A stretch of 62,898 nt of DNA, counting the filler, from Hyphochytrium catenoides (lineage: Eukaryota > Protista > Hyphochytriomycota), in NCBI GenBank assembly GCA_900088475.1. It is 5 parts of 5 records of this genome, joined end to end, with 100 filler letters (N's around TTAATTAATTAA, not from the genome) between each part and the next. Parts side by side here need not be neighbours in the genome. Positions count along the whole stretch, not along the records: positions 9,021 to 22,704 come from FLMG01003032.1; positions 22,805 to 45,716 come from FLMG01002760.1; 3 more parts are not named here. The stretch is one strand, 5' to 3'. Within the stretch, counting starts at the first letter, position 1. Each line of letters starts with the position of its first letter. The position numbers were made by a program, and so were the translations under genes. The notes under the pieces are model-generated. The model was not told the origin of the DNA, did no database searches, and was given only the letters and a program-made list of their open reading frames with translations. Of the stretch, positions 12,878 through 25,571 are shown piece by piece.

Positions 12878-13690
12878 TTGTCTCCTCGCTCCTACCTTTA
12901 AACACTTCGTTGCTGACTTCCATGATGTCTCAGGATCCCGGTCCATCCCCTAGCGTACAGAGATGCCGAGCCCTTGCTCAGAGCTTTGGGCGGGAAGGAG
13001 GCTCCGAAAAACTTTCAAGTGTGTCTCTCCCTCTGTTGCCTGCTTTCTCTATTGCGCGCACGATGTTCCATCTCTCTCTCTCCCTCCCTTGGCGAGCATA
13101 TATCCCCTTGAACTGTCCTTGACCTTGGGTATCCTGTTCCCCCGAACCTTCTCTGATCTTATAGTCTATGCCTGGTTAGCCGGAGCTCTCTCTCTCTCTT
13201 TTACTCTCTCTTCTTCCGTTTTTTGTGTGTGCATTGTCGATTCCGTCAATCTTTTCCAGTTATGTTTCTATTTGTATCCCCTTTAGGTCAATTGACTCTC
13301 TCTTTCTCTCTTTTTTTTCTTCTCTTTCTTCCTCTCTCTCTCCTCGTCTCTCTCCGTCTCTCTTTCTCCCAGGGAGGCCTTAACTTTACTTATCATATCG
13401 GGCCGGGCCCAGCCACAGTGCGTCTCTTCGTGCACAATGAGTTCAAGATGACTTCCATCTGGAATGTCTTCGCTACCATCAAAGGAAGAGGAGAAAGAGG
13501 AGAAGAGCCGGAGGAAAGAAAGAAAGACGAATTAGAAGAGAGAGACACCGTGAAAGAAGAGGATAAGCTAGTTATCCTTGGTAATCATAGGGACGCCTGG
13601 ACCTTTGGGGCTGTCGATCCTAACTCGGGGACCGCGGCTTTGCTTGAGATAGGAAGAGGATTAGGAGAACTGCTGAAGGTGAGACAAGGA

Positions 13691-13722
<32 letters not shown>

Positions 13723-13727
13723 GCCAA

Positions 13728-13767
<40 letters not shown>

Positions 13768-14126
13768 CCAACACGGGGAGAGAGAGAGAGAGAGAGAGAG
13801 AGAAGGAAGGACAGAGCGGGAGTAACAAGAGATATCCTCCCGTGTCGCTATTTGTATATGTTACTCTCTCTCAATCGTCCTTCTCATTCGTCCTTCGTCT
13901 TTCACTCCGTCCCTTCTACTCATCCTTTTGTTTCTCCTTATACAATATTCTCTCCCTCTTCCTCTCTCTCGCTGATGTATCTCTCTCTCTCTCTTTTTGT
14001 CTGTGCCGCTCCCCTCCTTCCTCGCTCTCTCTTCTCTTTCCCTGAGCAGAAAGGCTGGCGGCCCCGTCGGACCATAATGCTTGCAAACTGGGACGGAGAG
14101 GAGCCGAACCTGCTCGGGTCCACGGN

Positions 14127-14177
<51 letters not shown>

Positions 14178-14692
14178 TTCTCTATCTCTCTTTCTCTCTC
14201 TCTCTATCTCTCTTTTCCTCTCTCTCTCTCTCTTACCTTTATTCTCTCTTCGTTTCTCCTTAATCATCCTTTTTTCTACCTGGCCGTAGAACTGCTTAAC
14301 GCTTTGTGCTGTCCCTTTCTCTCATCTACCTTTCCCTTTGCTATGTGAGCAGAGCCTTCCTCGTGCTTGCCAAACTACGTTCCTGTTTTTCTTTCCTCTC
14401 TCTTCTACCCATCTCTCTTTCTTCCCGTCCGCTTAGCTCTTCCCTCTCTCTTTATATATTGAAGTGTCATTCTTTGCATTTATCACTCTCTTTCTCTTCT
14501 TTCTAACTCTCTCTTGCAGCTGCGACGCCTCAGCTTCATTCTCTTGTCCGTAATGTCTCTCTCGCTACCTCTGATCCCGGAGAGGAAGGCGGAAGCGTGT
14601 GGAAGCCGTGGATGGATAAGGAATATCCTGGGGTGCTAGGAGGAGGAAGTGACTTTGAAGGGTTCCTGAACCACATTGGTAAGACAAATAAT

Positions 14693-14736
<44 letters not shown>

Positions 14737-15664
14737 GAGGAATAGAGAGATAGATAGGAGAGACTGACACAGAGTGAGAAGAACACTGAGAGAGAAGAAA
14801 GAGCTTATAAGACAAAGCCGAGGCTATGTAGAGGTAGAACTCATGAGGAAAGAGAAAGAGCTGGGGAGAGAGAGAGGGAGAGAGCCAAGACTGACCAGCA
14901 CGGGCTCATCAACAGCCAAAAAATAGGAAAAGTTCTATGGCTTATCCACCTTCTTCCCGCACTGTGTTTCTCGCCTGACAGGGATCCCCGCGGTCGACAT
15001 GGGCTTTTCTTTCCTTCCAGAAGGTGGTTATCCTGTCTATCACTCTAACTTTGACTCCATTTCTTGGATGACAAAGTTCGGAGATCCAACGTACAAGTTC
15101 TTCCCAGCGGTGGCACAGATCTGGGGCGTACTGGGCCTTAAACTAGCACAAGAGGAGCTTCTTCCCTTTAACTACTCGCATTATGGAGCTCAGCTGCAGA
15201 CGGGATTGGAAAGGCTGCAAAAACTTATGGAAGCACATCCAAAAGCTTCAGAATTGAATCTGCAGAATCTTCAAAAATCCATTTCGGATTTTAATGAATC
15301 TGCAGCATCCATCAATTCGGAGATTATTGCGTTTGAGAGAAGATTCCAGCACTTCGCTCACCTTCATAAACTGACAGAGGAAGACGTACAAGAGAGAGAG
15401 AAGCTCGCCAAGAGCCTCAACCACCGTCTAATGTACGCAGAGAGAGCCTTCATCGTGCCTGAAGGTCTTCCTGGGAGAAAGTGGTACAAGCACGTGGTCG
15501 TGGATAATGCGAAGACCTTAGGCTATGGCTATGATTTATTCCCAGGGGTTGCGCAGGCAATAAGAGATGAAGAGAGAGAGACAGCTCAGAAGCAGCTGGA
15601 AATAGCGGTGACCTGTGTGCAGAAGGCTGCAGCGGTGCTGAGGGGAGAAAAAAGCCGTGTATGA
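10430..15664 (+). CDS. Glutamate carboxypeptidase II / NAALADase-like M28B peptidase (type II membrane protein with PA and transferrin-receptor-like dimerisation domains); one exon lost in the assembly gap at 14126
   Basis: N-terminal TM segment (GVLSLLLLVAVSCVALQYW), PHIAGT, VYANYGLEEDF, RYGATFRGNK, GVLIYSDP, SVQRG, VILGNHRDAWTFGAVDPNSGTA, WRPRRTIMLANWDGEE, LGGGSDF, YPVYHSNFD, GLPGRKWYKHVV. The start codon could be 10430 or 10493. Confidence 0.93.
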
Positions 15665-15773
15665 GAGGAAAGGAACAGCGGCAGAAAGACACACACACAG
15701 AGTGAGTTAAGGGTGAATTCACCTTGACTACGCTAAGGCTTTATAAAACTATATCTATGGGTCTACTCTCTTC

Positions 15774-15813
<40 letters not shown>

Positions 15814-15852
15814 GGCCTCGACAGAATAAATAGGTGATTTACGCTACTATCG

Positions 15853-16224
15853 CTAACCCGTCTTTCTTTTGGTTTCTTCCTCTCCGCGGACAGCATTCTC
15901 CATCTCTTTGAACCATTTTTCCTCTTTCAAGTTCTGGAACTCGAAGAGAGAAGAGAAAGAAGGAGAGAGAACTGCTTTCGAACTTGAGAGCTCTTCGACC
16001 GTTTGACAGACCTCCAGCCAGTGGCGGCACTCCTACAGCGAGAGAGAGGAGAGAAAGCCAAAATAAGCGAGCAATAGCATTGGAGAGGACAGAAGAGAGA
16101 TATACCAGGAAAGAGAGAGAGAGAAGATGCATAAGAAATAGCCCTGTAAACCCAGATAGTCTCATTCATACGTTCTTGCACGTAATTGTCAATCTCTTCA
16201 ACTTCATCGCCTTTCCTCTCTCTT

Positions 16225-16291
<67 letters not shown>

Positions 16292-17189
16292 TCAACCTTC
16301 TCCTCACCCGCGTCCTCCACAGGGTCTGCTCTGGCTTTCTCGCTCTCTCTCTATGCTATACGTGTCTCTCTCTCCCCCCTACTTTCTCTCAGCTCTCTCC
16401 TGTCTCCGTGATTTCCCTCTTTCCAGTCCCTGCTTCTCTCTTTCGTTGATTCTTTTCTCCACCTCTATCCCTCTTGCTCTCTCCGTATCTTTGTCTCTTC
16501 CCTCTTCTCTCTCAATTTCTTGTCTCTCTCTCTCTTTCTTTTTCTCTACCGCGTTATTTTCTGCTCTCTCTCTGTCTTTCCCTGCTTGTTCTTTCTCTCG
16601 GTTCCTCCCGTTATGCAATCCTTACCTCTTTCTTTCCCAAAAGCGCCATCAATCTAGCGAGAGAGAAACATCCCGCCTCTGGGCGGATCTCATGCGAGAG
16701 CTGCAGGACCCGCCGGCTTTCTATCGCAACTGTTTGTTCTCGGTTCTCCCTCTCTCCTTTTTCTCTCTCCAGTGCAGCACCAAACCGTCGATGGAGGACG
16801 AGCCTTGTCAGTAGCAAATTTCCTAGGGCTTCAAAGGAATAACAGGCGGACACTTGGTTTGGAAGGAAAGAGAAAGAGAGAGAGAGAGAGAAGAAGAAGA
16901 AGAGAGGGGCCACGATGTTAGCGACTAAAAACGAGAGCGGAAATGGGACTTGCGATTATCTAAACGAGTGGGCGTAGAGCCAGAGAAGGCGCAACAAAAA
17001 AAAGAGAGAGAGAGAGACAGAAAGTGAGAGAGAGAAGATATTGAAGGTCCCCTTTACCTGGACTTTCGCGGCTTTCTTCCTGAGAGGCGTCACTGTCTTC
17101 CCTCTCTTCTTCGTGTTCCTCTAGACCAAACCGCTTCNNNNNNNNNNNNNNNNNNNNNNNNNNNNNNNNNNNNNNNNNNNNNNNNNNNN

Positions 17190-17240
<51 letters not shown>

Positions 17241-18650
17241 TGGTCAAAAAGAGGAAAGGTATTGATAAGAATAGATGAGAGAGAGAGAGATCGAGAAAGA
17301 AAAGAGAGAGATCGAGAAAGAAAAGAGCGAGTGAGAGCTGTCTATTGAGATAGAAGTATAAAGAAGAGAGACTGACTACAAAAGAGAAGGGAGCGCTTCC
17401 ACAGCTAAGTACATTAGAAAGAGAGAGGGGGGGAGAGAGAGAAAGAGAGAAAGAGAGAGAGAAAAGAGGGTTAAACTGTGCCAGTGTACCTTCTGCCACT
17501 TCAAAGGAGTCAAAGGCCTGGCTCCAGGCGTCAGCCTCTGGATTCCTTGCTGCCACTGCGATCTGGGTCAGCGCTTGGGCGCGCAAGAGAGAGAGATCTG
17601 CACAATCTCCTTCGTCTATCTCCTCTTCTCCCTCTCCTTCTCCCTCCGTCTCTTCCTCCTCCTCTTCTTCCTCTTCTTCTTCCTCCCCTTCTCTTTCCCC
17701 CTCTTCTTCTCGATCTATTTCTATGTCTCCTACTCTCCTACGCCCATTTCTTATTTGTCCTCTCTCTTCCTCTCTCTCATTCTTCTCTTCAAACTCCCTC
17801 TCTTCCTCTATCTCTTCACTATTTCTCTCTTCTCTCTCGGCAAAGTACTTCATCAGCTTGTCGCACACTTGCACCACCTATGCACATATAGAACCGAGAC
17901 AGGAGAAGAGACAGAGAGTAACTGTGAGAGAGAGAGAAAGGGAAAGAGTGGAAGGGAGAGAGAGAGAACACAATTGGGGAAAAGATAAGTAACAAGGAGA
18001 ATTCCTGAGTTAGACAGGAAATATGCACAGGAAAAGAGATAGACAGGAAATATGCAACAGGAGAACGAAGGAACAGCAAACGATTGAGAGAACGAAACGA
18101 TTGAGACACACTTTGCTCTCTTCCTCTCTCTTCTCTTTTTCCTCTTTCTCTGCCCCTCTCTCTCTCTCTTTTTCCACCTTTCAGGACAACCGCGATTCCT
18201 TTCAAACTAGTGAGAACATACAGCTTTGTACAGGGAGGAGAACAGGCAGAGACAAAGAGAGACAGAGAAATGAGAGAGACAGAGAGAGAGAGAGAATAAG
18301 ATGACGTGGGAGCACCTGGTGGTAAAGCGCTAGAGGATCCTCCTGACTGCCTCTGGCGGTCTTATCTCCTCTCTCTCTCTCTTCTCTCTCTCCGCAGGCC
18401 GCGTAGAAGTCCGCGGCCTCCTTCAGAGCTCGCGCGTACTGAAAGTTCGCCTCGAAGCTTTCATAGATTTCCGTCGCAACCTACATGGGCTCATTATAAC
18501 TCAATGCTGTTTCCTGCGGGTGAAGCTTTCAGGAGAAGAAAGATATCTGACCTTGTAGATAGAGAGAGACTTCCCGATTGTTGTGCTCTCTCTCCTCTCT
18601 GTCCCGAGAATCATCAGCGCAGAAGCCCACATCACCTGAGACAGACCGCA

Positions 18651-18688
<38 letters not shown>

Positions 18689-19124
18689 TGAGGAAAAAGA
18701 GTGACAGATTGAAGCGAAAGTTCCAGGCGGAGAGAGAGAGAGAAGAAGAGGGGAAGAAAGAGAGAAAGGAAGAAGACAAAAGAGAGACAACAAGGGGACA
18801 AGCGAGAGAAAGAGAGAAGAAGAAGACATGGACAAAAGGACAAGAGAAGGTACGAAAGAAAACAGAGAGAGAGAGAGGGAGAAAACATTGACAGAAGAAG
18901 AAAAAAAGGGAGAACAGTCAGCGTCAACATAGAGAGAAAGAGCTGAAAGAAGAAGAGAAAAGAGAGAGGTTGTGTCAATCCAAGGGAAAGAGAAAACAGG
19001 GCAATGGAGCAGTAAGAAGAGAACTTGACACAAAACATTCTGAGGGAAAGCCTCTTATAGAGTGAGACCTAGAAAGAAGAGAGACAAAGAGAGAGGAAGG
19101 AGCAACAGCAATTGGAGGAGGCAA

Positions 19125-19164
<40 letters not shown>

Positions 19165-19622
19165 CAGAGAAAATGCCAGAATAGAGAGACCAATGAGGAT
19201 AGACCGGAAAGAGAAAGAGGGACAAGCAGAGATATGACCCATAGTAAGATAGACTAGCAACGCCGTTTCTCAACATCAAGAATAGGACTATCCTTCTCTC
19301 TCTCTTGCTCTTTTCTCTCCCTATGTCTCTCTCTCTCTCTTCTCTTTCGGTTCTTTCTCTTTACCAGTGCAGCTAAGTCCATGTTACTCATCCCAATCAA
19401 GCCCTCCAGCTCTTCAAACTTATCCACTGCGAGAGGAGAGGAGAGAATGTGAGAAAGGAAACGGAAGAGGAAAGAGGGGAGCAAACAGAGAGAGGGAGTG
19501 TGTGTGTAAGGGGAGAAGGGAAGAGGATTGCGTTATCTGCCAAGCTGAAATGAAGCAAGAATTTGGAGAGTGTGAGAGAGAGAAAGCGATGAAACTGAAG
19601 AAGAAGAAGAAGAAGAAGAGAT

Positions 19623-19662
<40 letters not shown>

Positions 19663-20956
19663 AGAGAGAGAGAAAGAGAGAGCGCGAAAAAGAGAGAGAC
19701 TGAGGGCCACAATGGCGTGTTCAAAAGAGTCGCAGCAAGGGAAAGAGAGAGAAAGCGAGAGAAAAAGAAAGCGAGAGACAGCAAGAGGAAAGAGAAGAAA
19801 AGACGGAGAAAAAAAGAGAGACAGAGAGAGTAATGAAAGAAGAGGGCGTGCATTTAACAATGGGAAAGACAGAGCTGTAGGGAATGGGAAAAGGGAGAGA
19901 CCAACCTCCCCGTCCCATGACAATAGAAGGTGATGAAGGACTAGGAAGATCCAAGCGACCCCAAAAGGAAAGAGGAAGATGGACAAAGAGTAAGAGAGAG
20001 AAAGAGACAGCACTGAGGAGAGAAGAGAAAGGAAGAGAGAGGAAGAGAGACACACCTGCAGCCTCCGCCAGGGTGGCGTCATCATCTGCTGCAGCGAGTC
20101 GAGCGAGTGCGCTGCCCCAGCAGAGAAGCGCCTGGGAGAGAGATGCGGGAGAGAGAAGAGAACCCTTGCTGTCCAGCAGCTGCTTCATCTGCTTCCCGAC
20201 TTTCCATAGATCTAGAGAGAAAGAGGGGACAAAAGTGGAGAGAGAGCGGGAGAGAAAAGAGAGACGGAAGACACCGACATGAGAGAGAGAGAGAGAAGAG
20301 AGAAAGAGGAAGTGAGAGAGAGAGAGACCGAGAGAGGAGAGAGAAAATAAGAGAGAGAGAGAGAAATGAGATGGCACAGTGAATCTCGGAGAGCTATGAG
20401 GAGATAGCTTTCAGACGCTAAGGAGAGAGTCTCTCGCTCCCTTCCTCTCTCCTTTGCCCTATCTTCCTCTCTCTGTCTCTGTCTGTCTCTTGTTCTGTCT
20501 CTGTCCTCTTTTCTTTCCCTTCTCTTTTGTCTCCTTTCCTCTCTTTCTCCCGTTTTCTCTCATTTTCCTTTTATTTTTCCCTTCACATTCGTTTCTTTAG
20601 TGTCCCCTTCGCTGCACTCTCTTGCTGTTCTCTCAGTCATTGCCCTTCTCTCTCTGCGAGTCATTCCCTTTCCAGTCCTTTTCGCTTTTGCCCTGTATCT
20701 TCTTTCTCTTGCTCCTCGCAGCCTGAGGCTTTGTCTCTCTCTCCGTCTCTCTGTCTCTCTCTCTCTCTTCCTCGTCTGTGTCCTCACCTTTGAGTGTGCC
20801 TTCCACGAGGAGATTGTCTGCTCTGTCTAGCACTCTTCGAATCTCCTCCTCCGCGCTCCCCTGCTCTCTCTTCCTCTTTCCCATCTTCTTGGGGAGAGGA
20901 GGAGAGGAGGAGGAGCTCTCTCCCTCTTCATTCTCTTTGTCTTTTCTCTTCCCCAT
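15853..20956 (-). CDS. TPR-like alpha-helical repeat protein with acidic tracts and a C-terminal TPR-capping motif (~9 exons)
   Basis: Exons join in frame: MGKRK..GTLK|DLWKVG..ALLCWGSALARLA..AEAA|VDKFEE..LAAL|VMWASALMILG..YK|VATEIYESFEANFQYARALKEAA..|VVQVCDK..|..|VSACYSFEALGNLLL..GCFSLARLMALLGKKE|ECRHWLEVC..FQNLKEEKWFKEMEN..KTG*. One junction lies in an N gap. Confidence 0.7.
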
Positions 20957-21117
20957 CTCTCTCTTCTGTTCTGGATGGCGCCGCCACTGCGCTGCTAGCC
21001 GGGCCGGGACAGGAGAACCGAGAGTTAGGACTTTGGAGAGTGAGGGACGAATCTTGAAGAGGCGGGGAAGAGAATGGAAGAGAAAGAGGAAAAAGGACAG
21101 AAGTAGAGGGAGAGGGT

Positions 21118-21151
<34 letters not shown>

Positions 21152-21388
21152 NNNNNNNNNNNNNNNNNNNNNNNNNNNNNNNNNNNNACAGGAGGAAGAG
21201 AGGTGGAAGGTTTGGAACTGCCATCATCCAGCTGATGCTGACCAGTCGAATCTAGGATAACTAACAATCATAATCTAAATAAAACATCATTACCCAGACT
21301 TGTTCCAAATAGATGGCTCAGAATCCTTCATCATCACTTTCCTGCCATCAGCAGCTTCACGCTCCATGTCTCTCTCTGTCTCTCTTTT

Positions 21389-21428
<40 letters not shown>

Positions 21429-21441
21429 NNNNNNNNNNNNN

Positions 21442-21491
<50 letters not shown>

Positions 21492-21566
21492 CTTCCTCCC
21501 CTTTCTCTCTCTCGCGCGCGCATTTCCTCTTTCTCTGGTTCTCTCTCTCTCTCTCTTGCTCCCGCT

Positions 21567-22149
21567 ATGACGGGAAAGCGCATTCTCTCCGGGATCCAGC
21601 CGACTGGCATCCCTCACTTAGGAAACTACCTGGGCGCGCTCGTGAACTGGGTGAAGCTCCAGCCTCCCTCTCTCTCTCCCTCGTCCCCTTCTCTCTCTCT
21701 CTCTTCTTCTCCCTCTCTCTCTTCTTCTCTCTCTCCCTCTGTCTCGGAGGTGTTCTATAGCATCGTGGACCTCCACGCTATCACGGTGCCGTATGAACCA
21801 AAGAAGTTGCGAGAGAACTGCCTGTAAGCCCTTTCTCTTCCTTCCTCGCGGATTTCTACAGGTTTACTTTCTTCTCTCTCCTCTCTCTCTCTCTCACTCT
21901 CTCTCTTTCTCTCCTGTTCATTCTCTCTCTCNNNNNNNNNNNNNNNNNNNNNNNNNNNNNNNNNNNNNNNNNNNNNNNNNNNNNNNNNNNNNNNNNNNNN
22001 NNNNNNNNNNNNNNNNNNNNNNNNNNNNNNNNNNNNNNNNNNNNNNNNNNNNNNNNNCTCCTCTCTTGGCCTTTCGTTTCAACAGCTAACGCGGAGAATC
22101 TTCCCTTTACTCCGCTGTCTCTTCCGATTGCTTGTCTACCTGTCTCTCT

Positions 22150-22189
<40 letters not shown>

Positions 22190-22353
22190 CCCCACTTTCT
22201 GGCAGTGATATGGCGGCGTCTCTCATTGCGTGTGGAGTGGATCCTCAGCGGTCCGCTCTCTTCCTGCAGTCACAGGTACGTTCCTCTCTCTTTATCCTCT
22301 TCTTCTCTCTCTCTCTTTCCCTCTTTTGTCTCCTTTCTTTCTGACTCTTTGAC

Positions 22354-22384
<31 letters not shown>

Positions 22385-22704
22385 GTTGTTCTCCCTCTCT
22401 CAGTGTCTCTGGGAAATATCCAATTTAGGCTCCTCCACGCTCTAATTGGTCGGTTCTATCACACTCTTATCCCTCTCTCTCTCTCTCACCTCTCCTTTTC
22501 TCTCGATCTATCTATCTGTCGGTCTTCCTCTCTCTTGTTCTCTCTCTCACTCTCTCTCTCTCTCTCTCTCTCTCTTTTCTGCAGGTTCGCCAACACACTG
22601 AACTCTGTTGGCTTCTCTCCTGTGTGACGCCTTTGGGTTGGCTGAAGAGAATGACTCAATTCAAGCAGAAAGGAGGAGAAGAGAGAGAGAATTCTCTCCT
22701 GGGA
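21567..22704 (+). CDS. WARS2: Tryptophanyl-tRNA synthetase, bacterial/mitochondrial type (5' part; cut by the contig join)
   Basis: [20 protein letters not shown] (HIGH motif), [29 protein letters not shown]|[23 protein letters not shown]. The start may lie further upstream if there is a transit peptide. Confidence 0.93.
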
Positions 22705-22804
22705 NNNNNNNNNNNNNNNNNNNNNNNNNNNNNNNNNNNNNNNNNNNNTTAATTAATTAANNNNNNNNNNNNNNNNNNNNNNNNNNNNNNNNNNNNNNNN
22801 NNNN
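22705..22804. other. Artificial contig-join linker (N44-TTAATTAATTAA-N44)
   Basis: Same 100-nt construct; truncates TrpRS on one side and GPx on the other. Confidence 0.95.
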
Positions 22805-23031
22805 AAGAGGAGAGAAAAAATGAGAAAAAAAAAGAGAGAAAGAGAGGGGGGGGGAAGACTCGCGAGAAAGAAAGAGAAAAAGAGAAAGGGAAGGAGAGAA
22901 AGCAGAGCGAGGGGAAAGGAGATTAAGCAAAGAAAGAAGAGAAAAGAAAAAGAAGAGAGTGAACTCGCAAAATAAACCAGGAGCTGAAGCGGCAAGAGAG
23001 AGAGCGGAAGAAGGGAGAGAGAGAGGGGCAC

Positions 23032-23183
23032 CTTGGTGGCTGAGTTGACTATGAGCATGACTTTCTTGTCTCGCAGGTTCGCAAAGGAAAAGTCATCTCC
23101 TGCAGCGTCTTTCACAGTGAAATCAAAGATCGGTGCGGTCGTCCTGGAGGCCGACAAGAAGAAACAGAGGACGAGAGAGAGAC

Positions 23184-23248
<65 letters not shown>

Positions 23249-23801
23249 AGAGAGAGAGAGAGAGAGAAAGAGGGAGAGAGAGAGAGAGAGAGAAAGAGGA
23301 AGAGAGAGAAAGGTAGGATGTGTGAGACGACAACATCAGCTCAGCAGTGATAATTAGACTGTGGAAGAGAAATGGAGAGGGAAGAACCGGAAGCGGAGAG
23401 AGATTACGACCAGAGAGAAGAGAGGGAGAAGAAAGAGAGGAGAAAAGAGAGAACAGAACCGTGGAATCCCTTTATTAGGAAAGAAACAGGTAAACGCTGG
23501 AGAGACAGAGGACTAGATGACCAGCCCAAGAAGGAAGAACAAAGAGAGAGAAAGAGGACAGATAAAATAGAGCATATGAGAAGTGAGGAGGAGAGGGAGG
23601 AGCGAAGGAAAAGAGAGTCTGAGAGAGGAGAGAAGGGGAAGATCACATTAATTTGCCTGTCCGAATGGGAGAGAGACGCTCCGAGAGAGGAAAGGCGCAA
23701 GACAGCGAGAGAGAGAGAGAGCCAGAACGAGAGACGAGACCAGAGGGAAAGGAGACGGAAAAGAAGGGCAATGGAGGAAGAAAGCCCAAAGTCTAAGTAT
23801 G

Positions 23802-23836
<35 letters not shown>

Positions 23837-24149
23837 CCTTCTTACATGATATATGCAACAGTTTGCGGGTTGACTCAATTCTGTAAAAGAGAGAGAGAAC
23901 ATTGTAGAGACGCATAAAGGGGAGCGCCCATCATGAGAGGATTGATGTTAGGAGAGAGAGAGAGAAAGCGAGAGAGAGAAAACGGATTGAAGAGAAACAG
24001 ATAGTAAGAGAAGCAAGGGAAAGAGGAGAGAGAGGCGGCAGAGGAGAGGAGACAACACTTTCCAGGAATAGGATGAAGAGAGACAGACCAGTAATAAAAG
24101 AGACACTTATCAACGGTTCCAACATTGGCCAGAGACAGAGAGAGAGAGT

Positions 24150-24186
<37 letters not shown>

Positions 24187-24355
24187 AGAAAGAGATGAGG
24201 TAGATAGTCATAAACAGAGGGAAGAGACACTAATCGGGAGAAAAGAGGGCTAGCAAGAGAGAGAGAGAGGTCAGTCTGGAGATTCTGGGATTACCTGTCG
24301 GAAGGAAGAAAAGAAATGCACGAAGCGGATGAAGTCTTCGTCTCTTTCTGCACAC
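23032..24355 (-). CDS. Glutathione peroxidase family protein, N-terminal exons only
   Basis: Exon ~23146-23032 reads TTAPIFDFTVKDAAGDDFSFANLRDKKVMLIVNSATK, matching the GPx start (IYDFTVKD..G..V.L..Y.GKV.LIVNVASKCG). A phase-compatible upstream exon at ~24355-24295 (GVQKETKTSSASCISFLPSDR) is tentative. The start codon was not identified. Confidence 0.8.
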
Positions 24356-24992
24356 CTGGGAAAATTGTTTTTGGAAGAAGGGAAGAGTTGGGATGTGGGG
24401 AGAGAGAGAGAGAGAGCGCGGAGTAGAGAGGAGAGAGAGGAACCAAGATAACACTCAAGAGAGAGAACAGCAAGACAGACAGAAGAATGGAGAAAGAGAG
24501 AGAGGAGAGGGAAAAAAGAGAGAGGGAGAGAGAGGAGAACTGACCACAAGGCAGCTCGCCTTCCCTGTTCTCTCTTCTGTTTCTCTTCTAACCCTGATCC
24601 CTCTTCCCGCATCGCCCTTCTTTCTCCCTTCTTCTCTCTTTCTCTTCATCGTTCTCCCTCTCTCTCCCGCTGTTCGCTTTCGTTGCCGCTTCCTGAACTC
24701 GTAATGTCGCTTTCTAGAAAGTGTCTCCCTCTTCCCCACACCTCTCTTCTCTATTGCGTGCATTATCTATTTCTTAGTAGATCATCTCCTCTTTCTTCTC
24801 TCTCCTCTCTCTCTCTCTCTCTTTTTCCCTATTCCTCTTCCTTTTGCGCGGCTACTGCGCTTTATCAAGAAGACCTTCCCGTCCCCTTTCTCTCTCTGTC
24901 TCTCTCTCTCTCTCTTTCCTGTTGTCAAAAGCAGCTGGTAGCATGGAGCTCTGATTGAGAGGGCAAAAGCCAACACACAGCATTGGAACGAG

Positions 24993-25023
<31 letters not shown>

Positions 25024-25056
25024 CTCTCTCTCAATCTCTCTCTCTCTCTCTCTTTT

Positions 25057-25090
<34 letters not shown>

Positions 25091-25534
25091 CTTGTTCTCT
25101 CCTCTTCCTATTGTTGGTGTTCTTATTCTCCGGAGGAAACGGAAAAAGATCTATCTCCTACAATAAATCTGCTAAAAACAGCCTAAAAGCTCTTAACTTT
25201 TTGATAAATTTCCAACAAACGCTGATATCATTTGATTAGCAATTCACCCTTCCAGAGGTTTCTTCAGAGAACAGAGAAGGCAGCTGTGGAGGGGGAAAGT
25301 GGGGTTTGTTTGTGGGCTTAAATATAAACAATATCCTGCAAAGATCTAATTATTTTATGCATCTGATATTTCTCCGCCAATGGCATGCAGACTAAAGGGA
25401 TAGGGTATCCAATGGCGGCCCTTCTTTAAATTAACATTTTGTAGATGTTTTATTTGGTTCTATGTGCAGCTGGTCTGAGGATCTTGAGCAATAAGAACAG
25501 GAAAGAGAGAACAAGGCAGATAACGAAGCAGATG

Positions 25535-25571
<37 letters not shown>

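Noticed and set aside
190-15664. Metabolic gene cluster or alternative genetic code
   Set aside because: The genes are functionally unrelated and split across joined contigs. TAA, TAG and TGA all serve as stops, and no in-frame stops occur in conserved exons.
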